A DNA stretch of 63,645 nucleotides, the filler included, from Octopus bimaculoides (Eukaryota), in NCBI RefSeq assembly GCF_001194135.2. It is 8 parts of 8 records of this genome, joined end to end, with 100 filler letters (N's around TTAATTAATTAA, not from the genome) between each part and the next. Parts side by side here need not be neighbours in the genome. Positions count along the whole stretch, not along the records: positions 1 to 17,541 come from NC_068994.1; positions 17,642 to 35,621 come from NC_068989.1; 6 more parts are not named here. One strand, given 5' to 3'. The notes beneath the pieces are model-generated. The model was given only the letters and a program-made list of their open reading frames with translations, had not been told where the DNA came from and did no database searches. The number at the start of each line of letters is the position of its first letter. Position 1 is the stretch's first letter. This document shows positions 12,440-24,282 of the stretch, one piece after another. The position numbers and the translations under genes were made by a program.

Positions 12440-13800
12440 GAGAAAGGACCTTAAACAACTTGTTTTTTAATCACTCGACGTGGATATACAAATGTGTCGA
12501 TCCATGTTAAATATGAATGCGGGACGACTAAGACGTTGCCAGTATTTGGGAAATATTCCTGATCTTCATGAACATGTTTCCATAGTTTACTAACAGGCTG
12601 TGTATCAAAATATTCTATTAGAGGCGGTCTGAATTTCTGGTTACTGTCATAAGATTTAATAAACTTTTCAATGGAATACCATAAAACCAGGCTACAAAAC
12701 ATAATCGCGAGTTCGTAATTGTTTGTTGTTTGCGACTTTATAATGAATAGAAATGAATGAAAGCTGTCATCGCCTTCGATATCAGCAAAGCTTTCGATTA
12801 TATCTGGTATGTGAATCTTCAATTGAAACTTTCTGTCAATGGATTCCGGTCATTCATGAATTGGTTACTTCCTAACATTACCATCTCGATATGTGCTGAC
12901 GGAACTCTTTCTATTCCACTATCAAATTTGATATATCCCAACATTCGATTTTGTTCCCCACTCTCTTCCTTCTATACGTCAACGATCTACTTTCCGTCAC
13001 GTCAACTACTCTCATTTTTATGTAGATGATATGCTCCTTCGGTATTCCACAACCTTTCCCAAATACATATTATCCTCACGCTAGAAACCATACGCCAAAC
13101 CGTCATGAACGATTATCTCGAGAGCATCCTCTATAAGGGTATCCTGCTTCTTTTAACAGAAAAATCACGAGATTCAAACACATGCATTCTAAACATCAGC
13201 TGTATTCAGTTTGAGTCCCCACGGTCACTTCATGTGCTAGACCTTCCATCATCGAGGATCTCTCCTTGTTAAAATCCATCCTTAGCATAGTAAATACATC
13301 ACAAAGGCTAGCCCTTCTCTTCAGAGACAAAAAATATATATTCTAGCTTCCACTCATGCTAACTTTCTACGAAGCTCAAGTGGAGTATTGCTCTTAGATC
13401 TGAAACGGTGCTGTTGTTTCGCACATAGACATCATACATAGACATCATACATAGACGGGCTATTCGACTGATTGACATTAAATCATTATAGACTCTCTCC
13501 AGCCTCTGGATCACAGATATGCAGTCTCCTTTCTTAGTACTTTTTCTACTTCAGCTATAGTGGCTATTGTTCCTCGGAGCGGGCTGATCATGTGCTTCTC
13601 CTCTCAGGCACTCTCTTGTCATCCTTGCTGTGCCTAACCTACTAGGTCTCGCTCTTTTGAACATTGTCCCTCTCGAATCCCTTGTTTGAGCACGTCTCTC
13701 TTCCAGGTGTCGACTTATAACAGCTTAAACAGAACATTAACGACATCAGTCTTACTGGTATCGGAGCGCATCCAAAGGTCATGGGTACTACACCTTCTTG
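12440..13800 (+). mobile_element. 5'-truncated LINE (RT and 3' end), related to the 2.9-9.1 kb LINE type
   Basis: AVIAFDISKAFDYIWY, IPQHSILFPTLFLLYVNDLL, YKAQVEYC-like segment; ends in an A-rich tail near 13815-13825. Confidence 0.75.
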
Positions 13801-13974
13801 ACCCGCAGGTTTAAAAAAAATAAAGATGATTTAAACACTATCCAAAAAATGAATACAATTATCTGGGAACCAGTTTCAAAATTGGAGTGAATACTTGCTA
13901 AAGAGAAGGAATTTTAAACTTCTAATAATGTTTGACTAATTCCGTTGTGAATGAATAAAAATATAATTTATGAA

Positions 13975-14470
13975 GCCTACTCGCTGTCCAACCTAGGATA
14001 ACACGCAGACACTGCAAATTTCGGTACATCCACAACAACAGGCTCGTTGTTTTTTTTTCTTTTCTTTTTCATGTAACAGCAAAACAGGGGCGTTAGTAAG
14101 ATGAATGATAAATATTCTAAATATCTTTTCTTCCTTTTTATCTCACTTGAACTCTTTTGATTTAGCTGAAACAACTGGTTCAGTTTTCTCAGCATATGCC
14201 GGAATATATTTTCTATAATAGTTTGTTAAGTCAAATATCTTTCCAATGTCCTCTTTTGATGTCGACGCCTTTATGTTTTAATTTCACTACAAGTCTTGAG
14301 ACTGAGAAATTCTTTTTTAAATATATTCATCCTCTGAAAAACTAGATTTGTTCTTCTGGAGAATGACTTTTCTTTAGGAATTTGCACCTTAGTTAATCTA
14401 GAAACTAGAGTATTTTCTCTGTTAATTGACTTTCCTTCAGGGATAGTATATATAAGGATATCATCTTCAC
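13975..14470 (-). pseudogene. Gypsy-type LTR retrotransposon RT/RNase H relic
   Basis: EDDILIY (YxDD region), LTNYYRKYIPAYAEK (resembling FLGLTNYYRKFIPNYA), LTNAPVLLL, VVVDVPKFAVSA (resembling DASKFAVGA); frameshifted. Confidence 0.7.
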
Positions 14471-15857
14471 ATTAAAAAAATGAACAAGGAGAAACAACGC
14501 GAAGTGGCCAGTGGCATATGTATTTTAATAACAGTTAAATACATGTTAATTGCCAAAAATATTTGTTAATTAGCAGTTAATAACAAATACTGGTTAATTA
14601 CCAAAAAAGAAAAATTCTTTATCTATGAAAATTATCTTCGCCTCTAGAGGATGTGTTATAATTACAAAATAGTAATTACAAAATAGTAATATTGACCAGC
14701 CCCAATTAAAAAGGGGGGGGGGGATAATCTCAAGATTCAAGATTTTTCCCAAACTAACATGCCATTAAGGAAAAGGACACGTTTATTGTTTGGAGATAAG
14801 AAGAGAGTTGAGGATACTGTCTGCCGTTCTCGTGTAGAACTGATGATAATTGCCATTTAATAAGTATTACACATCTCTCTCTAGAGGCGGAGATAATTTT
14901 AATAAATCAAGAATTTTTGTTGTATGACATTCAAGATACTCATATTTGTTTGTTATTCGAATACATGTCACTAGGCGCTTTGAGTTGTTTCTCTTAGCTC
15001 ATTTTTGTTTAAATTATGCATATGACCTAAACCATAACTGTTTTCTACTCTGTTTCGTATAAGTTTAAATCCTTTGGGTGCTGGAAATATGACTAAGCAG
15101 CTGTGCTAATAAAAGCTATTGAGTCAGAAACTCGTGTCCTCCACAGTACTCTTATCTCCAGACATTAAGCCTGTCCTTTCCCTAAATAGCATGTCCGTTT
15201 TGGAGAATACTTGAATATTTGGATTATCTTCCTTTCTCATGTAGAGCTGGTCATAGTTACCGTTTTCTAATCATGATACAGCATCTACGGACGGAGATAA
15301 TTTAAATAAATCAAAAGTTTTGGTTCTATAGTATTTGACATACTAGTATTCATCTTGACATACTCTGGTACACACAACCTCCTTCTGTATAAGTTCCATA
15401 TAGTTCTGTAAAACGCCATCTAAATTCTTAGGGCCAATTTGATGTTTTTTCGTTAATTATAAACAATTGGTTGTGTTAATACCACAAATACTATGTGCAT
15501 CTCTTAAGCTACAAGCATTTGTCATCACGTTTGAATTCAAGCGTTAAGAAAAATGTACAAAAATGTTGCACCTATCATGCCTCAGAAAATTGTATCAATT
15601 GGTGGTATAGTAAAAGAATATTGTAAATATGTGCCATTACTTGTGTCTTGGAATCAAATACGTAGAAGTCATATTTTTTTTTCTTAATTTGATCAAAGGT
15701 AAGGTACATCTGATTCCTGCGTAATCTGATGGTGTAATAATACCCATCATTTTAAATATTTGCGTTTCATTTTAAACTTTATCTTGTAAATGAAATGGAA
15801 CACGTCTAACTGAACTAATTCCATTCTTCGCGTATAAGTTTAAGCTTAATAATATTT

Positions 15858-16137
15858 CGTTTTTGGATTTGGTTTGCAAGATTCTTTATGTGAGTTCGAG
15901 TGTTGAAGGATATTCTGTTGTGTCTGGGGAGAGTCATTCTCTTTTGGTGCCTTATAATTTAATACACTCACCGGTAAAATTTCCACTTATTTCTTTTTTA
16001 TTTTTCAAAACCATTAAAAAGGTTGCAAGACGCAACAAAAATTTTAGAAAAATAAATAAGAAATAAGTGGGCATTTTACCGGTGAGTGTGTTAAATTATA
16101 AGGCACTAAAAGAGAATGACAATTCCCAGACACAACA
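15858..16137. mobile_element. Asymmetric fold-back repeat family 1, copy 1 (probable Penelope-type terminal-repeat derivative)
   Basis: About 80-bp inverted arms from 15916 and ending 16137, plus a one-sided extension TTTTGGATTTGGTTTGCAAGATTCTTTATGTGAGTTCG; second copy at 25049-25369. Confidence 0.7.
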
Positions 16138-16516
16138 TGATAATATTTGCTCTTAACAATATCTTTCTGACTTAACAAAAGTGTCAGGACTATCCACTAT
16201 AATAAAGTTATGAGATTCCACTATGCCAGTGAGCTTGAACTTTCATTGCACGCAACCATCTTTAGATCAGAACATAAAAAATGGTTAAGCGTTAGGTGAC
16301 GCGATTTCATTGAAAGGATTATCTTCATTGTTTACACCTATCACTTGCTTACAAATATCATTTAAAATCTGTCTTACCTGGAGTATCATCAACGTTGTTC
16401 ATTTTATAACCAAACTTGGGTCGACAGAATCTTGCAACATGCTTCAATTATCTACATTTGCAACACTTTTCTTTATGTCAGGCATTCACACTTATACGTC
16501 CCGCCCAAATTGTCAC

Positions 16517-16728
16517 ATTTCAAAATATTATCCAAAGCCAGCAACTTCGGAAGCGGGAATAAAGTGATTATATTGACCCCAGTACTCAAGTAGTATTTTT
16601 TTTTTATCGACCCCGAAAGGATGAGAGGCGAAGTCGACCTCGGCGGAATTTGAACTCAGAACGTAACGAGGGACGAAACGTCGCTGAGCATTTTGTCCAG
16701 CGTGCTAACGATTCTGCCAGCTCACCGC
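16517..16728 (-). mobile_element. SINE family C copy
   Basis: TTTATCGACCCCGAAAGGATGAGAGGCGAAGTCGACCTCGGCGGAATTTGAACTCAGAACG..GTGCTAACGATTCTGCCAGCTC. Confidence 0.9.
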
Positions 16729-16944
16729 ATTTCACAATATTTTACTATATTTACATTATTATAAGAGCCGCAGTTACTAGTTGGGGTGAGATTTTTATTA
16801 CAACTGAAATTTGTTGAAACTTATACAAGCTGTCAGTTGCCTGCAATTAACATTTCTTATTGTAAAGTTGAGTGGCTATTTCAGAGTATTTAATTTCAGG
16901 ATGATACCGTAATTCACGTGAAGTTCTTAATTGATCTAAACTAC

Positions 16945-17038
16945 CTCTGCTGGTGATAAGCCAGAAATACATTCAAATTGGACGTTTTCTTCTAGATTTT
17001 CTTTCATCCTGTTCAAATGACAAAGGCGCTTAAGAATT
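16945..17038 (-). CDS. Candidate 94-nt coding exon of an unidentified gene (ILKRLCHLNRMKENLEENVQFECISGLSPAE)
   Basis: Acceptor TTTTCTACTTAG, donor GAG|GTAGTT, one open protein-like frame; no homology recognised. Confidence 0.3.
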
Positions 17039-17541
17039 CTAAGTAGAAAATCATTGATTGATTTAATTATTAGGTTATTTTAATGCCAATAATTTTAGTG
17101 TATCTGTAATTAAAAGCCTTTCATTGGATTCTATCTTTTATTTACTAGTATATTGCAGATTTAGCATCTTGCAGATTTATAATAATAAAAAGAAAAAGGA
17201 AACATTTTTGAAGCTTCATTATAGTCAAAACTCCTGATGTTGAAAGGAACAGTGGCTTCTTTTTGATGCCTACTGTTATGTTTCCCTCGGGTGACTCGTA
17301 GAGATAACACAACGAGTTATACAATTTAATTATTACATTTATTGTTCAATTACATACAAAGAACGCACTCACCCAATGTTCGTTATGAATAAACAAAAGT
17401 CATGTCCGCCATATATATATCAATGACATTTTACTACGACAGTCCCACAAGACAACAACAATGAAACAATGAACTCAGACGAACCACATGACACACGGAA
17501 CGTCAGACGAATTACATATCTAACAGTCCATATAACACCTA

Positions 17542-17641
17542 NNNNNNNNNNNNNNNNNNNNNNNNNNNNNNNNNNNNNNNNNNNNTTAATTAATTAANNN
17601 NNNNNNNNNNNNNNNNNNNNNNNNNNNNNNNNNNNNNNNNN
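17542..17641. other. Assembly spacer: 44 N + TTAATTAATTAA + 44 N (also near 35622, 40317, 44717, 50146, 57094, 62199)
   Basis: Identical 12-mer always centred in a 100-bp N block; it places stops in all six frames. Confidence 0.95.
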
Positions 17642-17835
17642 ACACACGTGTGTTTGTGTAACCTTTATACAGGTGTGTGGTTCACCTTCACCTTGAACTA
17701 ACCCTTGGCGTGTCAAGACAGGTTTAGAATGTCTAGTGCTATCATTGTTTAATATTTCACTTGTGTGTTGACATTCGATGGACAGCTGAGTGTGATTTCT
17801 CCACCTGTTCAACTTTGTGTTTGACAATTCAACAC
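17642..17835 (-). CDS. Candidate exon (GVELSNTKLNRWRNHTQLSIECQHTSEILNND...), runs into a gap
   Basis: Strong acceptor TTGTTTTTCATGCTTTCAACAG; frame open to the gap while all plus frames are closed. Confidence 0.3.
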
Positions 17836-18131
17836 CTGTTGAAAGCATGAAAAACAAGTCCTGATCTCTTTCTCTCTCTCTCACCCTCTCTCCACACGCA
17901 CACTTACAAACATCTCAATGTACCATCTATGCTGGGTAAATAAGTAACTCTCTCACCTGAGCTACATCTCAGGACTGCTATGCCTCATCTTTAACACCCT
18001 CTCTTATTTTCTATCATTCTCATCACCCTTTCATCTGCTATCAACACCTTCCTTTCTTCCTTCCCCAGCTTTGTCCCCCAATCACTATAGCTTCCACTAA
18101 GTCCCTTTGACCTCCATCTCTGTCCCTGTAG

Positions 18132-18224
18132 AGGAACACATAGGACTGGGAGAAGTGGGGTGCACATTGAAGGATTGACTTCGGACCTTGAATATCTTCA
18201 CTCTGGGCATGTATATATTGTTAA
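18132..18224 (+). CDS. Candidate 93-nt symmetric exon (GTHRTGRSGVHIEGLTSDLEYLHSGHVYIVK)
   Basis: Long pyrimidine tract CCCTTTGACCTCCATCTCTGTCCCTGTAG, donor AA|GTATGT, length divisible by 3. Confidence 0.35.
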
Positions 18225-18396
18225 GTATGTCATAGAATTGCTTTTATTATATAATTCAAATTTTATTCTGCTTATGTTGCACCTTTGCAAACCAGTGTGT
18301 AGTTTATACATTTTCTGTATATACTTCAGACTAGCTGATTTGATTTCATTTTGGAAATGACACGAGTGTGTGACATTGAGAAGCAACAACAATTGT

Positions 18397-18648
18397 GGAG
18401 GCGCGTGGCTTAGTGGTTAGGGTGTCAGCATCATGATCGTAAGATTGTGGTTTCGATTCCTGGACCGGGTGACACGTTGTGTTCTTGAGTAAAACACTTT
18501 ATTTCACATTGCTCCAGTCCACTCACCTAGCAAAAATGAGTAACGCTGCGATGGACTGGCGTCCTGTCCAGCTGGGGAACACATACGCCATAGAAACCGG
18601 GAAACTGGGCCCATGAGTCTGGCTAGGCTTTAAAAGGGCGCATTTATT
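18397..18648 (+). mobile_element. SINE family B (tRNA-derived head with A/B boxes, CORE-like middle)
   Basis: TGGCTTAGTGG (A box), GGTTTCGATTCC (B box), TGTGTTCTTGAGTAAAACACTTTATTTCAC, GCGATGGACTGGCGTCCTGTCCAG; related copies at 45678-45790 (+) and 46510-46730 (-). Confidence 0.85.
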
Positions 18649-18829
18649 TTTTTTATACTTAATCAATTGACAAATAAGAATAAAGAAATGAAATAGAACC
18701 AGACAGTGTATCTATCATTAGCATAATGACTTTGCTGTGATGCAACAGAATATGTTTCAACAAATGAGTTTGTATCAATTCCTGCAAAACCAAACACACA
18801 AATGAAATATGTATACATATCTTTTTTTA

Positions 18830-19135
18830 TCTCTTACTTGATTGAGTCATCAAACTGTGGTCATGCTGGGGCACTGCCTTAAACAGTTTAGTTAAATGAA
18901 TCGACCCTAGTACTTATTTTTTTAACGTATGATAAGTTATTGTCAGTCTGTTTTACTGAACCACTAGGTTATGGAAATGTAAACAAATTGTGGGGAACAA
19001 ACGCACACACACACATTCATTCATTCATATATACACAAACATACAACAGGCTTTCTCACAGTTTTCAACTACCAAATTCACAGAAAACATTTGTTGACAT
19101 GGGGCTATAATAGAAGACACTTGCCCAAGGTGCCT
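18830..19135 (-). mobile_element. SINE family E, older degenerate copy
   Basis: CTGTGGTCATGCTGGGGCAC, ATCGACCCTAGTACTT, GAAGACACTTGCCCAAGGTGCC. Confidence 0.75.
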
Positions 19136-19185
19136 AGCTTAAAATTATTATTATAAGTAATCCAGATTCAGATGAATAGATAAGT

Positions 19186-19577
19186 GTGTTGTGTGTGTTG
19201 GCACTCCGTCGCTTACGACACCGAGGGTTCCAGTTGATGCAATCAACGGAACAACCTGCTCGTGAAATTAACGTGCAAGTGGCTGAGCACTCCACAGACA
19301 CGTGTACCCTTAACGTAGTTCTCAGGGATATTCAGCATGACACAGTGTGACAAGGCTGGCCATTTGAAATACAGGCACAGCAGAAACAGGAAGAAAGAGT
19401 GAGAGAAAGTTGTGGTGAAAGAGTACAGCAGAGTTTGCCACCATCCCCTGCCGGAGCCTCGTGGAGCTTTAGGTGTTTTCGCTCAATAAACACTCACAAC
19501 GCCTGGTCTGAGAATCGAAACCACGATCCTATGACCGCAAGTCCGCTGCCCTAACCACTGGGCCATTGTGCCTCCAC
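19186..19577 (-). mobile_element. SINE family A (tRNA-derived, about 390 bp), full length with TSD
   Basis: Reverse complement of the 32404 and 41532 copies; 13-bp TSD TGAAT(A/G)GATAAGT at 19173-19185 and 19578-19590. Confidence 0.92.
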
Positions 19578-20522
19578 TGAATGGATAAGTAGACATGTGA
19601 TATATGTGTATGAGAACATGTGGTTTTGAAAATCTCCCTGAAATCACAAATCAATATGAGCAGAAAGAATAGTTATCAACTAAATGTATTATATGGCTAT
19701 TTTTTATCTTTTGTTTATTATTATTTTTTTCTATATCCTCGAAAGCTACTGGGAATATATGCAGCTGTAGTTTCTACATAAATAGTTTTGGTATATATTA
19801 CTGCAGTAGATGAACCACTAGCAACCTCCCCACTCTTCCTGGCCACCACTTGCTACAATGAACTAGATTAAATTTGCTGTGCTAGCACGTTTCTTGAAAG
19901 TAAATATTTTTCTTTTGATCTCAGTTTTGTTATTATTTAACCCTAGGTCACCTCTTCATAGAGTAGACCCATGTTCAAAAGCTTTCCAGATATGATCAAC
20001 CTGTCATTTCTTCTTTTCGATTACTACATTATACTTCATGTCCCTTTTTCTTTCAGACATTACACTGGTATGAGGGGAGATTTAATTGCTATTTCTAGCA
20101 GGTCAAGCAGCCATGTAGAGGTTTTTGTTTAGTGCTAATCCAACATTTGATCAAAGTCATTCCAGCTATGACTAACACATGTTTTTACAATTAGGACTCA
20201 TTTGATAAATAGGTCTTCTGGATCAAAACTGACTTGGAGTTAAATAATAACACAAGAAATAGTTGCCACTGGTACTACCACATCCACTAGCTTCTCCAAT
20301 ATATGGCTATTTGTAACAAGATATAGGTCGGTAATTCTCAGCCTTATTCCTAGATTTCTTCATTTAGTTTGAGAGAAAGGATAAAGGGTGATAGTTCAAC
20401 TTCTAATATTTTCAACAAGGACTAAATTATTTATTTTGTTATTTTTTTTCTGCAAACTGAAGTGGCTTTCATTCAGTCAGTTTCTTAAGTGTCTGGATGC
20501 TATTTGTGTAAGATAGATGACT

Positions 20523-21345
20523 TTCATCATCATCATCATCATCATCGTCGTTTAACGTCTGCTTTCCATGCTAGCATGGGTTGGACGATTTGACTGAGGA
20601 CTGGTGGACCAGATGGCTGCACCAGGCTCCAATCTGATTTGGCAGAGTTTCTACAGCTGGATGCCCTTCCTAACGCCAACCATTCAGAGAGTGTAGTGGG
20701 TGCTTTTACGTGCCACCGGCACAGAGGCCAGTCAGGCGGTACTGGCAACGGCTACGCTCGAAATGGTGTATTTTACATGTCACCTGCACAGGAGCCAGTC
20801 CATCGGCACTGGCAACGATCTCACATGAATGTCTTACTGGCAACGGCCACGCTCGAAATGGTGTATTTTACGTGTCACCTGCACAGGAGCCAGTCCATCG
20901 GCACTGGCAACGATCTCGCTCGAATGTCTTACTGGCAACGGCCACGCTCGAAATGGTGTATTTTACATGTCACCTGCACAGGAGCCAGTCCATCGGCACT
21001 GGCAACGATCTCACATGAATGTCTTACTGGCAACGGCCACGCTCGAAATGGTGTATTTTACGTGTCACCTGCACAGGAGCCAGTCCATCGGCACTGGCAA
21101 CAATTNNNNNNNNNNNNNNNNNNNNNNNNNNNNNNNTGAATGTCTTACTGGCAACGGCCACGCTCGAAATGGTGTATTTTACGTGTCACCTGCACAGGAG
21201 CCAGTCCATCGGCACTGGCAACAATTTCGCTCGAATGTCTTTTCACGTTGGTAACAGTCACGCTGGTGATATTTACATGCCACCAGCACGGAAGCCAGAC
21301 AGATGCTCTGGCAACGATCACGCTCGGACGGTGCACGCTATTATA
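20523..21345 (-). mobile_element. SINE/LINE-tail family D with (ATG)n tail (RTE-tail-like), internally amplified
   Basis: (CAT)n-CGTTTAACGTC..CCATGCTAGCATGGGTTGGACG..CAGCTGGATGCCCTTCCTAACGCCAACC; inverted copy at 24755-24935; degenerate copies near 21580-21740 and 21960-22075. Confidence 0.8.
20741..21240. repeat. 95-bp minisatellite, at least 5 units, with 190-bp dimeric higher-order pattern
   Basis: GAATGTCTT starts at 20827, 20922 and 21017 (period 95); small gap 21106-21136. Confidence 0.92.
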
Positions 21346-22155
21346 AACACACACATATAGAGGACTCATTGATTTTAACTTTGTGTCTAACATCACATAC
21401 AGCATTTACAGCAAGTGGGACTGTCAGAAAAGTTTCAGTTTACTTGCTTTTTTTGTTTTGTTTTTTGAGTTATTTTTTCTTTTAGGGAATTAGGAATGTT
21501 ACTGAAAACATAATTGAATATTAAGATGAGCATTAAAGTTGGATATTTTTTGTAATATCAGTTACTGACTTAAAGCCATGTCATCATCACTTAATGTCTG
21601 TTTTCCATACTGGCATGGTTTCTATGACGGGATGCCCTTCCTAACACCAACCACTTTACAAAGTGTACTGGGTGTCTTATACATTATATATGCATTTTGC
21701 ATGGCACCTGCACAGGTGCTTTATATATGGTACTGGTATGGGTGTTTTTTTATGTAAAGCTGGTACCTTGTGGTAGACAAAAACTGAAAGACACCTGTTG
21801 TGTGGGTGTGTGTATTGTGTGTGTGTGTGTGTGTGTACCTCCTAATCTTGACATCGCATGATAATTGTAAATGAATGTCACTGTCGTACAAGCAGTGTCA
21901 TTTATTTACATCATTCCATGGAAACATGTTGAGCCAGGGCAAAGTATTACCTTGCTTGGAAACTAGTGATGGTCAGCAACTAGAATGGCATCTAGCTATA
22001 GAAACCCTACCTCAATGAACTCCATCTGACCCATGAAGCATGGTAAAGTGAACGTTAAAACAATGATGATGATAACCATAAAAATGGTGTTAATATATAC
22101 TTTATCTGATAGATTAGCTGTGCAAAGTACAGGGTTCCATAGCTCTTGCAATATA

Positions 22156-22684
22156 CAGGGTGTCCACAAAGTCTGGGTACATGGGATTAACACATACTTT
22201 TAAAACAAAACAATTTTATTTAATTATGATGTTAATAAATAATATTTTCAAAATGATTTCCATCATTTTCAATGCATAGCTTGATGCGCCTTGCAAAATT
22301 CAGGTGAACTCGATTAAATAAGTCTACATTGCCATCAATTTCAGCACACTGACTGGTAATGCGTTCTCTCATGTGGCTTAAATCTGTAATCTTTATTGAG
22401 TAAACTTTCTCTTTCAACATACCCCAGAAAAAGAAGTCAAGGGGAGAAAGGTCTGGTGAACAAGGGGACCATTCTACATGACCCTTTCTTCCAATCCAGT
22501 GAGGAAAAGTGTCATTAAGCCAATCTCTAACAGTTGTGACAAAATGGGCAGGGGCCCCATCCTGCTGAAAACAATTTGGAAACCAATTTGGAAGTAAAAA
22601 AGGAAAATTATTATTTTTTATATATTTAATTGTTTATGTTATGATTTGATTTGCTCCATGTACCCAGACTTTGTGGACACCCTG
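22156..22684 (-). mobile_element. Tc1/mariner (maT/Tc3-like) deletion derivative, 529 bp
   Basis: Perfect TIR CAGGGTGTCCACAAAGTCTGGGTACATGG with TA flanks; internal FQQDGAPAHF..SPDLSPLDFFFWGMLKEKVY..CIENDGNHFE. Confidence 0.93.
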
Positions 22685-22772
22685 TAGTTTAACCGTGAAA
22701 ACTCCTTGTTTTAACTCGATCTCACTTGATGTGTTTAACTTGATCTCAGTTCCTCGTGTTTATTTCGCACAG

Positions 22773-23135
22773 GTTGAAACTCTGACAGAAACAATCCATC
22801 AAAAGGATTTCCTCTTGGAAAAGTTAACCTACCAGTGCCAACATCTTGAAACCATTCTTGGTTACCAAAGTTCTCTACGGGATCTCCTTGAGACAATGGA
22901 ATCTTCCAGCATAAGTGTCGATAGTGCAAGAATTACACGTCCTCTTTCAGAGAATTCTACCTCTCTGAAGAACGGAGACATTGAAAATTCTTCACCATTC
23001 CCTTCATCGTCATCTTCTTCCTCGCACAAGGCGGTTCTAGAATATTCTGTGACTGAATTCAGTGACAACGAGTCACCCGTGAATGAGCGTAAAAAAAAGA
23101 ATTTTACTACCAAAGACAAGGAATATTATCTATAA
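22773..23135 (+). CDS. Probable terminal coding exon: coiled-coil segment followed by a Ser-rich acidic/basic tail; gene unidentified
   Basis: Acceptor GTTTATTTCGCACAG, phase 0; 120 open codons VETLTETIHQKDFLLEKLTYQCQHLETIL..SSSSSSS..ERKKKNF..YYL*; protein-like composition in an otherwise stop-rich region. Confidence 0.7.
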   Translation, partial: VETLTETIHQKDFLLEKLTYQCQHLETILGYQSSLRDLLETMESSSISVDSARITRPLSENSTSLKNGDIENSSPFPSSSSSSSHKAVLEYSVTEFSDNESPVNERKKKNFTTKDKEYYL

Positions 23136-24093
23136 AAAATATTATTTATAAAAGCATTATTTATGAAAAAGAAAGAAAAATACAAGCTAGGGTTATTTAG
23201 CTATTATCTACTTGAATACACTTTTACTTGTGTGCTTGTGTGTTCATGTGTCTTTATGTACAGAAATGTGAAACACTTCAAGGAACTTGGGTATTCACTG
23301 AAGATCTCATCTGTGCTACAACGATGTGGATCTTTTGAGTAGAAGAAAGGATCCTTGAATAGAAGTCTGTTAGAATATCAATCTGTTTTTATCCTTGTCC
23401 TTCTCTCTCTCTCTCTCTTTCTATCTCTCTCTCTCTCTATATATATATATATAAAGAATAAAACGTTTAGAATGGTACAACAATGCACTATAAAACAGAC
23501 CTCACGCACTTCTCATGAGTATTTCCGGAAGAAGCTTCGTGAGACCACTACTGAGACGCTTCCGAAAAAAAGAAANNNNNNNNNNNNNNNNNNNNNNNNN
23601 NNNNNNNNNNNNNNNNNNNNNNNNNNNNNNNNNNNNNNNNNNNNNNNNNNNNNNNNNNNNNNNNNNNNNNNNNNNNNNNNNNNNNNNNNNNNNNNNNNNN
23701 NNNNNNNNNNNNNNNNNNNNNNNNNNNNNNNNNNNNNNNNNNNNNNNNNNNNNNNNNNNNNNNNNNNNNNNNNNNNNNNNNNNNNNNNNNNNNNNNNNNN
23801 NNNNNNNNNNNNNNNNNNNNNNNNNNNNNNNNNNNNNNNNNNNNNNNNNNNNNNNNNNNNNNNNNNNNNNNNNNNNNNNNNNNNNNNNNNNNNNNNNNNN
23901 NNNNNNNNNNNNNNNNNNNNNNNNNNNNNNNNNNNNNNNNNNNNNNNNNNNNNNNNNNNNNNNNNNNNNNNNNNNNNNNNNNNNNNNNNNNNNNNNNNNN
24001 NNNNNNNNNNNNNNNNNNNNNNNNNNNNNNNNNNNNAATGTCTGGTAGAAAAAAAAATGCAAAAACAAAATAGAACATATTTTACCCTTCAAG

Positions 24094-24153
24094 GTTTCAA
24101 CACTTAAATTGAAGCCTTGTTTGGAATCAACATGTTATTGCCAAGAATGCGGC
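24094..24153 (+). CDS. Candidate 60-nt phase 0-0 exon (VSTLKLKPCLESTCYCQECG)
   Basis: Acceptor TTTTACCCTTCAAG, consensus donor GGC|GTAAGT, open frame. Confidence 0.35.
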
Positions 24154-24225
24154 GTAAGTGAATCTAAAAGACTGAAGTTTCAGTAATATAACATTGCTAA
24201 TAATGGTTCATGTAGATAATGGTGG

Positions 24226-24281
<56 letters not shown>

Positions 24282-24282
24282 G

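Noticed and set aside
14700-15345. Purine run AAAAAGGGGGGGGGGG and two roughly 60-bp direct repeats near the Gypsy relic
   Set aside because: The PPT-like run is on the opposite strand to the RT relic, and no TG..CA LTR pair could be defined
15555-15700. Plus-strand frame MYKNVAPIMPQKIV.. ending near a GTAAGG donor
   Set aside because: In-frame TAA occurs before the donor
17586-17597. Recurrent palindromic TTAATTAATTAA that could look like a regulatory site or CRISPR repeat
   Set aside because: Always centred in a 100-bp N block; it is an assembly linker with stops in six frames
20542-21405. Several long overlapping ORFs with repeated peptides
   Set aside because: The 95-bp period is not a multiple of 3 and shifts frame each unit; a non-coding minisatellite in a retroposon
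22862-23119. Minus-strand ORF with EEEDDDE
   Set aside because: Antisense shadow of the plus-strand Ser-rich exon; no splice support
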